Below, piece after piece: positions 10,912 through 23,223 of a stretch of 64,000 bases of DNA. The stretch is taken from assembly GCA_964019335.1 (NCBI GenBank), contig OZ025726.1, positions 248,001 through 312,000 of the forward strand. Direction: 5' to 3'. The notes beneath the pieces were generated by a model. It was given only the letters and a program-made list of their open reading frames with translations. It made no database searches and was not told the origin of the DNA. Within the stretch, counting starts at the first letter, position 1. The number at the start of each line of letters is the position of its first letter. Position numbers and translations under genes: made by a program. The DNA comes from Diplonema japonicum. Taxonomy: Eukaryota > Protista > Euglenozoa: Diplonemea.

Positions 10912-11271
10912 TTAAAATCGTACTTCCAGCCCCTCGTGCACGTTGTGAACCGTCTTGAACTCGGCATCGAAAACATGTTTGCACACACCGAAGCCCAGCG
11001 ATGCATCCTCGATACAGTCGTAAGACAACTCCCCTCGCTTTCCGTGGCAGAAGTTTCCGCATTCATTAGGCCTCGGTCTCACCACGTGGTCCTTATGCCC
11101 AATGAAACACAGGTCGGGCCCGATACCTCTAGATTTATCAGAGCGGTGTGCCCCGCAAACACAGTCTGATCTAACTTCACATTTCCTCTCCAAGTCAATC
11201 TGCTTGGCTCGCTTGACGGCTGTCGCCGTCTCTGCGAAAACGAGCAAAATCAACAGCAGAACGGATTTCAT
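10912..11271 (-). CDS. Small secreted Cys-rich protein (119 aa)
   Basis: Classic signal peptide MKSVLLLILLVFAETATA, then 8 Cys. A-tract before the ATG. Confidence 0.75.
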   Translation of the reverse strand: MKSVLLLILLVFAETATAVKRAKQIDLERKCEVRSDCVCGAHRSDKSRGIGPDLCFIGHKDHVVRPRPNECGNFCHGKRGELSYDCIEDASLGFGVCKHVFDAEFKTVHNVHEGLEVRF

Positions 11272-13626
11272 TTTCTTTTTTTTTGTCTTTTCTTTTTTTT
11301 TTTTTCTTTCTTCTTCTTGGTTTTTTTTTTTTAATTTAGGGGACTAAAAAAAAAAAAAAAAAAAGACGATGACACAAAAAAACCATAACAGTAACGGAGA
11401 GACAAATAAGGCGGGGGGGGGGGGGGGGTTTGTGCAGAACGGATTTCATTTTTTTTCTGTCTTTTTTTTTTTTTTTTTTTTGAATTCTTGCCATGAATCG
11501 CTGGTGTAATTCTTCGATTTTTTTTTTTGGAAGGCCCGAATCTAATCAGTGCCCAGAAAGGCCTTTGGTCCTCTTTTTTTTTTTTTTTTTTGTGCCCCCT
11601 CTCTGCATTGCAAGTTTTTTTTTTTTTGATAATTATTCTTCTTTCTCAGTAAGATCTTGTGCAGCAGGTCGGAATCGACCACTCAAACGAGAATCTCCTT
11701 TGCTGTTTAGGGAAAGTGTTTGAAAAACTTCCTTTTGTCATTCTCACACTTTTATATCAATTGTAGGGAAAAAAAGAAAAGGGGGGCGGGGGATCTGCGT
11801 TTTACCTTTCATACAACATTGGAAATTACTTCTATTTGTCACAAGAATCAAGCAGGCGAGAAGAAGAAAAGGAGAACCGAGAAGAGGTGAGATAGGAGTC
11901 CCATGGTGCTTCCTCTCATGAAGAAAGAGGAAAAACAGCACCTTTCCTCCTACGTGTTCCCTCGTTTTTTTTTGCTTTTTTTCTTTTTTTTTTCCTGCTG
12001 CAGCTAAAGTCAGAGTAGCTACAAAGTCTCTGAGTGTCCTGAAGAAGGGACCGGGTGCCGGAGGAAAGACGGTCTTTTTTTTTCTTTTTTTTTTCTCCCC
12101 TTCAATTGCTTCACATATTTGTGACCAGGTTACCAAGGTTTCGGGGGGGGGGGGGGGGGGGGGGGGTGTTACGTGATATTTTCTTTCCTTCGTTTTTTTT
12201 TTTTCTTTTTTTTTTTCTTTACGCGTTAAAAAATAGAAAAGTGGAGAGTGGGGGGATGGAGAGAAAAAGAGGTGCACGTAAAGCTACTATGTAAAGAGAG
12301 GTAAACTGGCCAGTAGACCAATGGCCTTTTCTTTTCTTTTCTTTTCTTTCTTTTTTTTTTTTGGTTAGGAAAAAAAAAAAGGAAAAAGAAAAAAAGAAAA
12401 AGAAAAAAAAGAGAGACATTTAAGGGTACCTGCGGTATGTGGCAGGACGCCTGACAAAGAAAAAAAAAGAAAAAAAATACCGTGAAGTGGAATGTCGGTC
12501 AAACTCCGGCCAGTCCGGAAGGTGTCCCTAAGGCTTTAATTTCTCAAACAGGAGATTATTTTTTTTTTCTTCTCGCTGCACGGTAGTAGTAGTCCACAAA
12601 AGGACTCGGACAATTTTGTCAGTCCGAGTTTTTTTCACTTTACAGTAAAGAAAAAAAAAAAATATCCGGAGGAAAAAAAAATAAAAGGTTAAAAAATCAG
12701 ATACCCTGAATCGACTCGAATAGGGCGCTTTGAGTACGGAAAAAAAAAGGAACTCAGGCACCCCCCCCCTCCTCTTCTTTTTTTTTTCTTCGAGCCCGGA
12801 TCCTGATCAAAACCCATACAGGTTTGATTGCCATTTAACAAAGGGAAGAGAAGAAATGGGGAAGGGGGGTTGTTTTCTGTGTGCTTTTTTTTTTTTTTTT
12901 TTTCTTCTTTTGTTTGTTTACACCATGTTGGGAGAATTGTTAAGCCAATGAATTTCTGTAGATATGCAATAGCTCAGCCCGCGTACAATTAGAGAAAGAA
13001 AGGAGAGGGGGGTAAGGGGGAGGGGAGGGGAGAAGGATGACTTGCTTTCTCGCTGCTTTTTCTTTTTTTTATTCGAAAAAATATTTCGTTTTAATACAAC
13101 TCCAACCAAAGTGTGTGGGAGTGGGGGGAAAAAAAAAAATAAAAAATAAAAAATAGAAATCACTTTTATTTCTGGCTGAAAAATCAGGCACGATTGCCGA
13201 TGCTGAGTTAAACATGAAGTTCTGCCGACACCTCAGTGGGTCAAGCATCAAATGGCAAGTGACTCCACACGTCAACACGTATCTAAGCTGTTGTGTGAGC
13301 CGCTTAAACCCCAGGAACCAGCAACAGTGGGTTGTGAAATAATAACGTATTTATGAAAATAAGATCTTGTATTTCACCGCAGAGGTATGTTTTTTTTTTT
13401 TTTTTTTCCTTCTTCTTTTCTTTTTTTGTCGTCAAAACCTAAATAAATATTTTAAAAAAACCCCCCCCGGTCTCAAAAAACCTGGCATCTATAAACCTTT
13501 CTTTATAAAAAAAAAAGAAAATCGTAATAACCGAATGGATTGTGTGCGTTACAAGAATAAAAAAAATGGGGAGGAGGGGGAAGGATGTTTCACCCAACGG
13601 AGAGAGAGAAGAAAAAAAAAAAAGCC

Positions 13627-14385
13627 CTAAACACCCTTCACAGGTGCGAGCATTCCTGTGTGGCACATCATGAAGGAGAATAAATCAGATACACAAGAAA
13701 CATGGTAGTCTAGCTCCATCTCTGCTATCTTCGCTCGGCTGCCGTGAAACAAGGCTGCAGTGATGTGTTTTTTTTTTTTTTTTTTTTTTCTTTTACCCCA
13801 TACCGGCATAGACAGAGGTCAGCCTCTGAGACAGCTCCCCCAAAGGTTCCTCTTTGCTGCTGAAGAGGTCGTTTCCCTCTTCTTCTCGCCAACCGCTTAC
13901 ATTGTATCCAGACACATTCTTGTCAAGCTTCTTGAGAATCTTCCTGGTTGCCGTTCGGTTCAGTTCCAGGAAAAATTTTAGCTCCTGGAGGCTGACGTAG
14001 GCATCCTTTATAGCGGTCTTCTTGACTGGTCTTCTGAGTCCAAGACTTTTTTCGTACCTTTTTTTTTTTTTTTTTTTTTTTTTTGCCCCTTCCGCATACG
14101 ATTCCACCTCCTCCTCACATTCCTTCATTGTTTCGTTGAAATAACCATCGAACTTCTGCACCTCCTCCTTGAACCCGCGCATCCACAATTCGATGTCGTC
14201 TTTTGTTGCTTCGCCACTGCCCTTCTGTGCGGGAAGAGGATGTTTATTTTTTTTTTCTTTTTCTGTCCGCGATATACCTTTATCACGCCAATCCTCTTCT
14301 TCAGCTTCTTGTAGTCCAACAAGTACTTCACGATGTCACCGTCAAAGACCTCTCTTTGCTCCCGGAGTCTTTGGCAGAATTTCAT
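13627..14385 (-). CDS. Stand-alone SPX-domain protein (~204 aa). Exons 14385-14278, 14224-14100, 14057-13804, 13754-13627; 3' end uncertain
   Basis: SPX signatures MKFxxxL...DYKKLKKRI and ELKFFLELNRTATRKILKKLDK. GT-AG introns 14225-14277, 14058-14099 and 13755-13803 give a continuous frame. A further GTATCT...ACACAG intron near the end is possible. Confidence 0.85.
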
Positions 14386-15308
14386 TTTTTTTTTTTTTTT
14401 GCTCCTTTTTTTTTTTATTCTGCCTTTTTTCTCTTGAGGCTGACAAAGCCATGGTCGGAAGAGGTTTTTCTTGCTCTTTTCCTTCATGTTTACGTTTCTT
14501 TCTTCACACGCTTTTTTTGAACCCGAAGACCGTTGTGAAGATGCGAAGAATAGCTGCAATAACAATTGAAAGATTGTCACACATGGCCAGGCAACAGTGA
14601 GTTCGGCTGATTCACATTTCTGGAAAGGCACGTTCTAGGCAAAAGCCTGAATTGTACTGCTGTATGTGCTTATTGACAGGAACTCTACTTTTCTTTCCCC
14701 GTGAGCAAGGAGGAAAAGAAAAGAAAACAACGTACTAAACAAAACAAAACTAGTAAAGGAAAAAGAGAACAGAAACCCCACTTCGAGCCGAACACCTTTG
14801 GAAAAGGCATTTGCAAACCCGAGGGAGGACGAAGAGAACAGAACTTACGGAAAGGAGGATCCTCGTGAGTCAACACAGTTTTGTTGGTTTTTTGCTTTTT
14901 GTTATTTTGGATTCGGTTTCTTCTGTACTACTATACTTGGAAGAGAGGGCAGCGGAAAGGTCTCCTTAGATTCAATGAGTGTATTTTTTTTTTTTTTCTT
15001 TTTTCCTCCGTTCATTAAACACAAACTTCGATGCAATGAAAAGAAATTAAAGGATGGAGAAACAGGAATCCACGATACACGTTCAGAGTGTCTCGAAGGA
15101 AAAGAAAGAGGAAAGAAAGGATAAAAATGACACAGGCTCTCGTGTACTCAACGAAAAAGACCTATCAGAGGACAGGCTCCATTTCAGTGCACTGTCTGAG
15201 CCACAAAAGACAATGTGAAAGTTCATAAAAGAAACTGTTTTCGTTGTTCAAAGAGTTGCAGCACAACACTCTGGAAAAAAAACGAACGTGATGAGTTATT
15301 TAAAAAAA

Positions 15309-15381
15309 TGCGAGGTGCCAGGATCGAACTGACGACCTTAGGATTATGAGACCTACGCGCTGCCGACTGCGCCAACCTCGC
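15309..15381 (-). tRNA. tRNA-Met (CAT), elongator type
   Basis: GCGAGGTTGGCGCAGTCGGCAGCGCGTAGGTCTCATAATCCTAAGGTCGTCAGTTCGATCCTGGCACCTCGCA: 7-bp acceptor stem, CAT anticodon, U31:U39 pair, GTTCGA T-loop, followed by a T7 Pol III terminator (15302-15308). Confidence 0.97.
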
Positions 15382-15420
15382 TCACGGGATTTTACCCGAG
15401 CGTTTTTTGCGGTTTGCTTT

Positions 15421-15877
15421 TCAACTAAATGACGATTTATAACGAAAAGAACCCCTTCCCTTTGGGGATCTGTTGGCAGCACTCGCCCCAATGCTGCTGT
15501 TGTCATCCCAGATGTTCTGTTCCTGGAGGAGGGTGGTCTCGATGTTCCCATCCGTGATAATTGTATTCTTTCGGGTTCGAGTGGGCTTCAAGGGTTGCTC
15601 GAAACCGGCACTGACAGGCGATGTTAAATCAGGTGGTTTGTACCTATTCAAAGGATGTGAGTTCCTCGGTGCAGTGACAGCAGTAGTAAACGTACCACTG
15701 GTATCTGACCGGGTCATGGCATCGAGCTCCACGAAGGAAGGCTTTTCACTCAGCTCGTAGAGCTCCTCCTCTGGAGGATCGGACGAGAGAACAGTGGGAG
15801 CTGCGTCGGAGTTCTTCATGGCTTTCGCTTTCTTCGCTTTAATTTTATTCGCACTGGAAAAAAAAAAGTTAGATTCT

Positions 15878-15908
<31 letters not shown>

Positions 15909-18900
15909 GGATTTCATACAGAACAGCTTCATCGGAGATGGATTCCATCCTCAACCAAAGCTTCAGGTCAAACTTTGTGAACTTCCCATCGCCGTCCTTG
16001 TCCAACGCCTCTGAGATCACAGGGATAATACTCGTCAGAATGTAGTACAGGAAAAGCCCAAGCGTTGCAAAGGTTACAATCGCCAGAACGGCCGTAAGGC
16101 AGTTGCGCAATGCCGAAGGCATATCTTTCCAGTTGTAGAGAAGACCAAGGTTCAAAGTGAAAGAGATGACACCAAGGCTCAGAGCTTCTAGGTTGTTGTA
16201 GGGCGCAAGACCATCCAGTTGATACGGTTTTACGTACAGCTGCAGTACTAAGCAAGCCGTGATAACCCATATGGCCACATACGACTGCAAAGCGTCGTTG
16301 CTTGGATCACTGTCGTCTTTCCCGTTGATGAAAACAGCAATGATACCCAAAGCGAGCTTGCGAAGCATGATCACTGCTTGCCAGAACCAGGATCTTTTTG
16401 TGAAGCCGCCCATTAAGAAGATGAACATCACGTAGGTCTGCTTGTAACCCTTCTTCTTCCACACTGATTTCACAAACGCCACGAAAACGATTGGGATCCC
16501 AAGCCCGTAGCCTATCAACCCCAGCGTGGCGAAAAGCTTGTAGGTGCCGTATTTCCCAGTGCTACAATCAATGCTCTGGTCGATTGCTAGGAACGAGCTG
16601 TTATTATAAATATTACGAGCGAGAAAAAAAAGAAAAAAAAAAGAGGGGGTAATACCTTTTCCCGATCCTGGTGTGCCCCCATTCCCCATCAGGTTGAATC
16701 TCATGAATCGTCTCAAAGTAAGTGTTGCAGCGAAGCATCACAGCCGCTTGATTAATAAGCGTTGGGTAAAGAACGAAGAGACAAACTGACATTGTCGTCA
16801 GCAAAACCTGTTATGGATTTTTTTTTTTTTTTTTTTTTTTGAACTTTTTTTTTTTGCGTATTTACCTGAGAAAATTTGTAGGTGTAGATGTTGTTGAGAA
16901 CACGTTCGTCCTCGAGAAGAAGGGCTTCGTCGTCGGCGTTGACCTCGTGCTGCCTGCTGAGCTGCTGGATTTCCTCCTCGGCCTTCTTGTCGTACATGAG
17001 GGATGGGTTGACTGTACGTCTAATGACGATGACCGCAAAGACAATTCCAGCAATGAGAAGCGGGAAAACCGGGAGCATCATGTACCCTGTGAAATATGTG
17101 TAGTAGTCACCACCCATATCCCGCATGAGACAGTCAAGGGCTGAGAACCCGTCGACACTCAGGGTGCTTCCTTGCGATTGCATGTCAAACACGTCCTTTG
17201 TGAACTGCGACCAATTGTCAGAGAAGTCACCCACACTACCCGCTTGCAAGTGTGAAACAAATATTCTCCCCACGATTGTATGTGCAGAGTCAACTGTCTT
17301 CCCCAAGGTCATGATAATCCACACAATCAGCACGCACAGTACAATGAAGAACACAATTGCTACGGCCGTGATATTACGCGAATTACTGCTGCACTTTACG
17401 CAGCCTGAGGGGCTCTTGCCGTACCCCTCAACGCACACCTCACAGACCGGTCCCGTCATGCCGTCTTTGCATAGATCATCTCCTCCGGCAGCACCGCCGA
17501 TGCACGATGCCGAGTTCTTGCATTTGTAAAACGTCGTTGTGTTCTCGTTTGCACGCCAGTACCCTGGCTCAGTAAGAACTTCGCTGCTCCCGTTGCACAA
17601 CCCGCCAGGCTTCGGACACTCCGCACAGTGCTCTGTCCAATCGACTGAGTACTCTGTGATGTCACAGCCTACTTTTTGCATCTCATCAGACAGAACCCAT
17701 CCCAGATCCGGGCGTTCTGGAATGCTGAAATTGAGCTTGTACACAGTCCCGTAGACTGCCCTTATGGCGATGCCCTCAAAGCTCATGACCCCGTTCTGGT
17801 CGTTCGACCCTGTCTGTTTGCTAGGGAAGATCTGCCCATGGCTGTAATTCTTCGGATCGGACGTCAACTGCGCCACCGATGTTAGAACGCTTGCGGAATT
17901 CCTGACGGGGTTCCCGATTTCATCCGCCTGCGTAATGACAGGTTGAGACGGGAGGTTCGCGAAACCCGACGGGATGTACTTCGAAGGCTGGTCCTGAACG
18001 ATAAGCCGCACAGGGTCGCCCTCTGTGACGGAGAATGTGACCGTGGCTTCCCACACGGCAGAAGACGAGGGTACGGTGTTGGACGTGGAGAGACGCAGGA
18101 CTAAAGTACCTGTGATAGGGTTCTCGATGGCGAGACCTTGCATGATGCAGGACCCAGCGTCAGTGGTGCAAGACCCGCCTTGAAGGTTGACCTTTGTCGC
18201 TGAGTTGACCGTGTCGATGGTCCTGCCGTCTTCCTCGGCGGTGTACTGCACAACCTCAACAGTCACGACCCTCTTTTCTTTGTCGTATTCTTCAACGGTG
18301 TGCCCTTCGCTGTCGATCACCTGCACCACCATCTCGGAGATGCCGGTTGAGAGAGCAGCTTTCAGCACGGTTGCATCGGTGCTCACCTTCAGGTTGGCAG
18401 GGTCGCCGACAATGACATACGGTACTTGCTGGCTGCTGTATATCTGCCCATCGAGTGTTATATCCAGGAAGGAAGGGTTCTTCGAAGGTCCGGTAACGCC
18501 GTCTGCAGTCCCCGGCTGCTTGCACTGCACGGAATACGGGTTGATGAACGTCACCATTGCAGAGCCTTTGCTTATGTACTCTGTTGTGTTGTCGTAGAAC
18601 TTGCATGCTAAGCAGTGGTCGCATCCTGCTGTCTGCTGGAACCCGTACCCCTTGACGGTCACGATGATGTCGTTGCTCGCCTCGTCCTGCCCTGTGTGGA
18701 AGCCTTTATTTGGTCTCGTCTCGTTGATCGACGCGCTGTGCAGCCTCACCACACGCATCTCGTTGTTCGTGAGAGTGTTCGTGCTGCCGTATGCCGTCAC
18801 TTCCAGTGGATCACCCACACACGATGTAGAGGTGCTGGTCACAGCATCGGTGCGGCACCGCATCAGCGTCTTGTTCACCACTATCGCGGTCTGGAAGTCC

Positions 18901-21900
18901 GCGTTGGCAAAACTGCATGCAGAGGTATACACCCCCGATGCCTCCGGCCCAATAAGGTCAAGCGGGGCAAAACCATTCCCTCGAATTTCCATGAGGGTCC
19001 CGCCCTTTGTGTCAGAAACGGGTGGGTAGATTTCATGGACCTCGTATAGGAGAAAAGGTATGAGTCTGAGGAGATTGCCGTCGGTGAGGCCGTAGATTAT
19101 ACGCCAAGAGCTGGCAGGAAAGAGTGCGGTGATGCGTTCCGCGACAAAACCACTTGATGTGATGGTGAAGGTGAGATCGAGTTCACCATACATGATGGGC
19201 GACAGGCCTTTACCCGCTACATCGATGAAGCTGTACTTCGTGGCAGTGGAGGGCTCACCCAGCACGTTGACCGTCACATACGCCACATCTGTGTACTCGT
19301 CAACAGCGATCGCAGACCCATGGATACGTGTCAGCGACAGCATTACGGTGTTCATCTTCGCATTCAGATTGAGCACTGTAACACCTGTCCCTCTTTCGCC
19401 TTCAATGGTCCCAAGCAGGGCGTCTTTGTAGTATGTTATCCTGCTCATCAGAATGCACTCCACCTGGTCACATGGTGCACCCGGCTGAAACACTGCTGTG
19501 TTCAGGACACGTTGGCTCGTGCACATCTTGTCCACTTCAAGCACTGCCCAGTTCCCGTCCACACCCGTCCCACTCACGTATATTTTGCTCCCTGAGTAGT
19601 CTGCTGCAATGCTGGTGGCGTTTGTCAGATACTTCGCAAGGTCCAACGACTGACAGGTCACTGCTTTGGTGGTCAGGTCGATGACTCGGAGTGACAGCTT
19701 GCCAGAAACTTGTAACAGGGATCCAAGGATGGTCTGGTCGCGGGCCTTTGTTGTGGCTATCTGTGTCGCGTCAGTGAGGCTGGAATCAACAAGCAGCAAA
19801 GACGCTCGTGAGAATGAGATACCGCCCTGCTGTACGCTGGGCATTTCGTACACACGAACACCGTTGCACTCCGGCACCATCATGTAAATAGTAATTAAGT
19901 TCTTCGTGACAAAGGTAACGGTGCCCGTCTGTCCTGATGTGCACCCGAAGTGTCCATCGCTGGTTGTGTTCAAGACAGGGAAAGACTGGTTGTTCCCTTG
20001 CTTCACACGCATCGATATGACGGCCAGCTTCTCCCCGCCAGCGTAGATGTATCCCTCCTCTTCGTCGACGTACAAAGCAGAAGGGGGCTGCATCTCCAGC
20101 CTCGGGTCGATGGTCCCTATTCTGGTGATGGGGATGTGTTTTCCGTTGCATTGAAGTCCCACGTAGCCGGTTTTGCACGCCTCGCAGTTCTTCCCAGACC
20201 AATAGCCCTTGATGGGGTCTGAGAAACAAGTGCAGGGCACTCCCGAGCTGCGGTCACAAGTTCCGTGCGTTGAGCAGTCGCAGGGCATGTCGCAGAGAGC
20301 ACCCCACCACATTTCTTTGCACTCCACACAGCCTGTTGAGATGTTGGCCCAGTGACCAGTTGCGTCGTCGATGCAAGCGCAGTCGCCGTTTGCATCGCAC
20401 ATCCAGTGGTTCAGGTGTTGACATTTTGCAGCGTCGCACTTCACCAAGCAGTCGTCCCCGTAGTAGTCCATGTTGCATGCACAGTCACCACTGTTGCCGC
20501 TTCCCCAGTTGCAGACACCATTGTTGCTGCATATCCCGGAGGAACCCGGGAGACCTGTTGTGGCATCGACCCCATTACAAGACTGTGTGCAGTCTTCGCC
20601 AAACCAGTTCTCTTTGCACTGGCAAGCCGTGCCTGCCGTCTCCCCGGTGACGAACCCAGAGCTTGTTGTTAAACCGCACGTTAAGCTGCAGTCGCTGCTG
20701 TACTTCCCGGGCAAACACTTCTCGCAGTGGTCACCCGTCCAGCCAGCTTCACAAATACACACACCGCTGATATCACAGTGTCCGTGGGCCTCTTGTGTCC
20801 CGTTCACAGACAGCGTGCAGTCGCAGGGGACGTTGCACGCCATGCCTACGTACCCCAGTGCACACCCTGTCGATGTTGGTAGCAAACATGCCACTTGGCA
20901 ATCGCAACCCCCCAGCACATTGGGAGGCTTCGGAGCGCCGTTTGCTACTACGTAACCATAATCGAAGCATCTGTTCCCACCGCAGGGCCTTCCTTTCGCA
21001 TCGACGGGGCAGGCAACGGAGCAGTCACCTCCTGCGTAGCCGTCATAGCAGATGCACTCCAAAGTGTCGGGGTTGCATGCACCCCTTCCAGGACCCCCGC
21101 AAGGGGCCGTACCCCCCGGACACTGCATGGAGCAGTCTGCTGACCCGAAGCCCAGCTCGCACACACAGTCATTTGGATTACCTAGTGGCACCTTGTTCGT
21201 TTCAATGCACTCTCCGTGTCCTGAACACTTCCCGGCTGGTGTGCCCACCCCTTTGCATGTCTGCGAGCAGAGATTAGGATCTCCCACAGGTGACCAGGTG
21301 CCTGGGGCACAGCTATTACAGCTTCCACCAACAGCGGACGTTTGACATGCGTCCCCGCACCATGTCGTGTCACAGAAGCACTGCCCTTCTAAGCATGTGC
21401 CGTGGCCGTTGCATTCTGTAGCTCCCGGACAGGGCAGGTGGCACCCACGGGATGTTCCTGTGGGTCTGCCTGACCAGCCTGTTTTGCATGTATCACAGAG
21501 TGGTCCGTTCCAGTAGCCTTCGGTAGCACTGGAGTGGCAAGTGCATGTGGCAGTGTTTTGATCGCATTTACCATTCCCTGAACACGGGGGGTTTGGGCTT
21601 CCTTTGCCCGGACACAACATTTGGCATGCTGCCTCGTCGCCAGGCGTTTGAGAATGCGCGTAGCCGATGAAGCACGTACAAGTTCCGTCCCTGTTGCAGA
21701 CGCCATTGCCACCGCATGAGAGACCGATGGAGTTGACGGGACACTTGTCGGCGCAGAGGGGGCCGGTTTTCCCGTCGACGCACTCAGTACACCCAGGCAG
21801 TTTGAAGTCGGCGTTGAGGCAGGTACAGCTACCGTCGGGGAGGCAGGTTCCGGTGCCCCCGCATTCGTGTGTAGCATTGCTGCCGGCACACCTGACGCTG

Positions 21901-22565
21901 CATTGCACGGAGGTCCACCCTACAGAACAAATACAGGCACCATCGCCAGCCTTACCACTGTTGCAGGTTCCGTGGGAGGAGCAAATGCCTTGCGAGACGC
22001 ATTGGAGGGTGCACTGGGGGCCGTAGTGCGTCGAGTCACAGTCGGCACAACCAGAAGCAGACCCCCAGTAACCGTTGGCCGGGTCTTGCCGGCAAGTACA
22101 CGTCCCAGTACCCGCCACACCAGAATCGCAAACACCACGGCCTTCACATATAGTAGGAAGACCGGGGCAGGGCGACAAGCAATCTGTTCCATAGTAGCCA
22201 GGGTTGCATTCATCACAAGCCGCTCCGGTCCACATGGAGTTGCACGTGCACGTTCCGTTCCCCATTTGACCTTCAGAGCATTTTCCGTTCCCGGAGCATT
22301 GGTTGCAGGAACCCCCAGGGCACTCCGTAGTGCATGACAGGCCGGCATAGCCTTCAAGACACGTGCTGCAACCTGTGTTTCTGTCCCAATGCCCCAGCGT
22401 GCTGTCGTCGTCGCACTCGCACATCCCAGTGCTCACCTCACACACACCGTGGCCGTTGCACCCGCCGTTGCACGTCATGAGCAGCATAAACGTTCTCTGT
22501 GCTGGGAAGGCTTCAACTGTTTCAAGGGGCTGTGCTGCTGCGGTTAACAGCAGCAGTGCCAGCAT
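15421..22565 (-). CDS. ~2320-aa cell-surface protein: signal peptide, many EGF/laminin-EGF repeats, beta-rich and IPT/TIG-like region, Cys-rich linker, multi-TM C-terminus, EF-hand tail. Exons 22565-16866, 16807-16656, 16597-15920, 15853-15421
   Basis: Repeated CSGHGxC...CxC...GxxC units. Three GT-AG introns (16808-16865, 16598-16655, 15854-15919; the last has a CTAAC branch site) join ORFs 16752..22565, 16613..16804 and 15421..16716 in frame. Multiple hydrophobic helices; DKDGDGKFTKFD loop. Confidence 0.88.
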
Positions 22566-22622
22566 TTTGATATATTATACAGAGTAGCAACCACCCCCTT
22601 GACACCTCCCTCTTTGAGTACG

Positions 22623-22652
<30 letters not shown>

Positions 22653-22658
<6 letters not shown>

Positions 22659-23223
22659 TTCACTCTTCGTCATTTTCTTCACTCACTAGGGGCCTCATTA
22701 TTTAACGCGAAATGGCCATTATTTAACGCGAAACGGCCATTATTTAACGCGAAATCGCCATTATTTAACTAGTTAAATAATGAGATTTTGCAGTTAAATA
22801 ATGGCCCTTCAGAGTGAAAAAATGGGTCTTGTCGTGGAAAAAAATGCACCCAACCCCTTGAAAAATTTTTTTGGGGTGGGGGTATTTTGACTATTTTTGG
22901 CCATCTGAGGCCATTCCAGCCCTTAAAAGTGGGAATAAGTGCCTTACTTCCCCTTTAAATGCCACGGCGAAATAGCTACCCTGTATTACCTTAGGAAAAT
23001 CCCCAAAAAGCTGACCTGCGTGAAAAAAAACAGCAGTGAAAGCAGTGAAGAGTGAGTGACTCAAATGACGAAGAGTGAAATAAAACGACTTACTTGCCGC
23101 CAAATGAGCCATTATTTAACACTCGTTACCCGTTTTTTTGCACTCGGGCCCTGCGGGCCCTCGTGCAAAAAATTCGGGAACTCGAGTTAAATAATGACTC
23201 ATTATTTGTTGGCAATAAATAGT
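22653..23223 (+). mobile_element. Non-autonomous hairpin element with a 5' inverted repeat, an internal partner and a 3' long hairpin
   Basis: Perfect 23-bp inverted repeat 22653-22675 / 23063-23085, extending inward by 9 bp past a 3-nt TC-containing loop. Imperfect hairpin 23088-23223 ending AAATAGT. Poly-T on both flanks. Composition differs from the homopolymer-rich flanking intergenic DNA. Confidence 0.75.
22696..22805. repeat. 21-bp-period array of CATTATTTAAC: four forward and two reverse copies, including a perfect 24-bp palindrome at 22759-22782
   Basis: cattatttaacgcgaaaYSgc x3, then CATTATTTAACTAGTTAAATAATG, then gttaaataatggc again at 22793. Confidence 0.95.

Noticed and set aside
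22759-22782. Xer/dif site (GTTAAAT resembles the XerD arm)
   Set aside because: Only 7 AT-rich bases match; there is no XerC arm and no 6-bp spacer geometry.
22696-22805. CRISPR-like array
   Set aside because: Units are contiguous 21-mers with near-identical linkers and no unique spacers; no cas genes; eukaryotic context.
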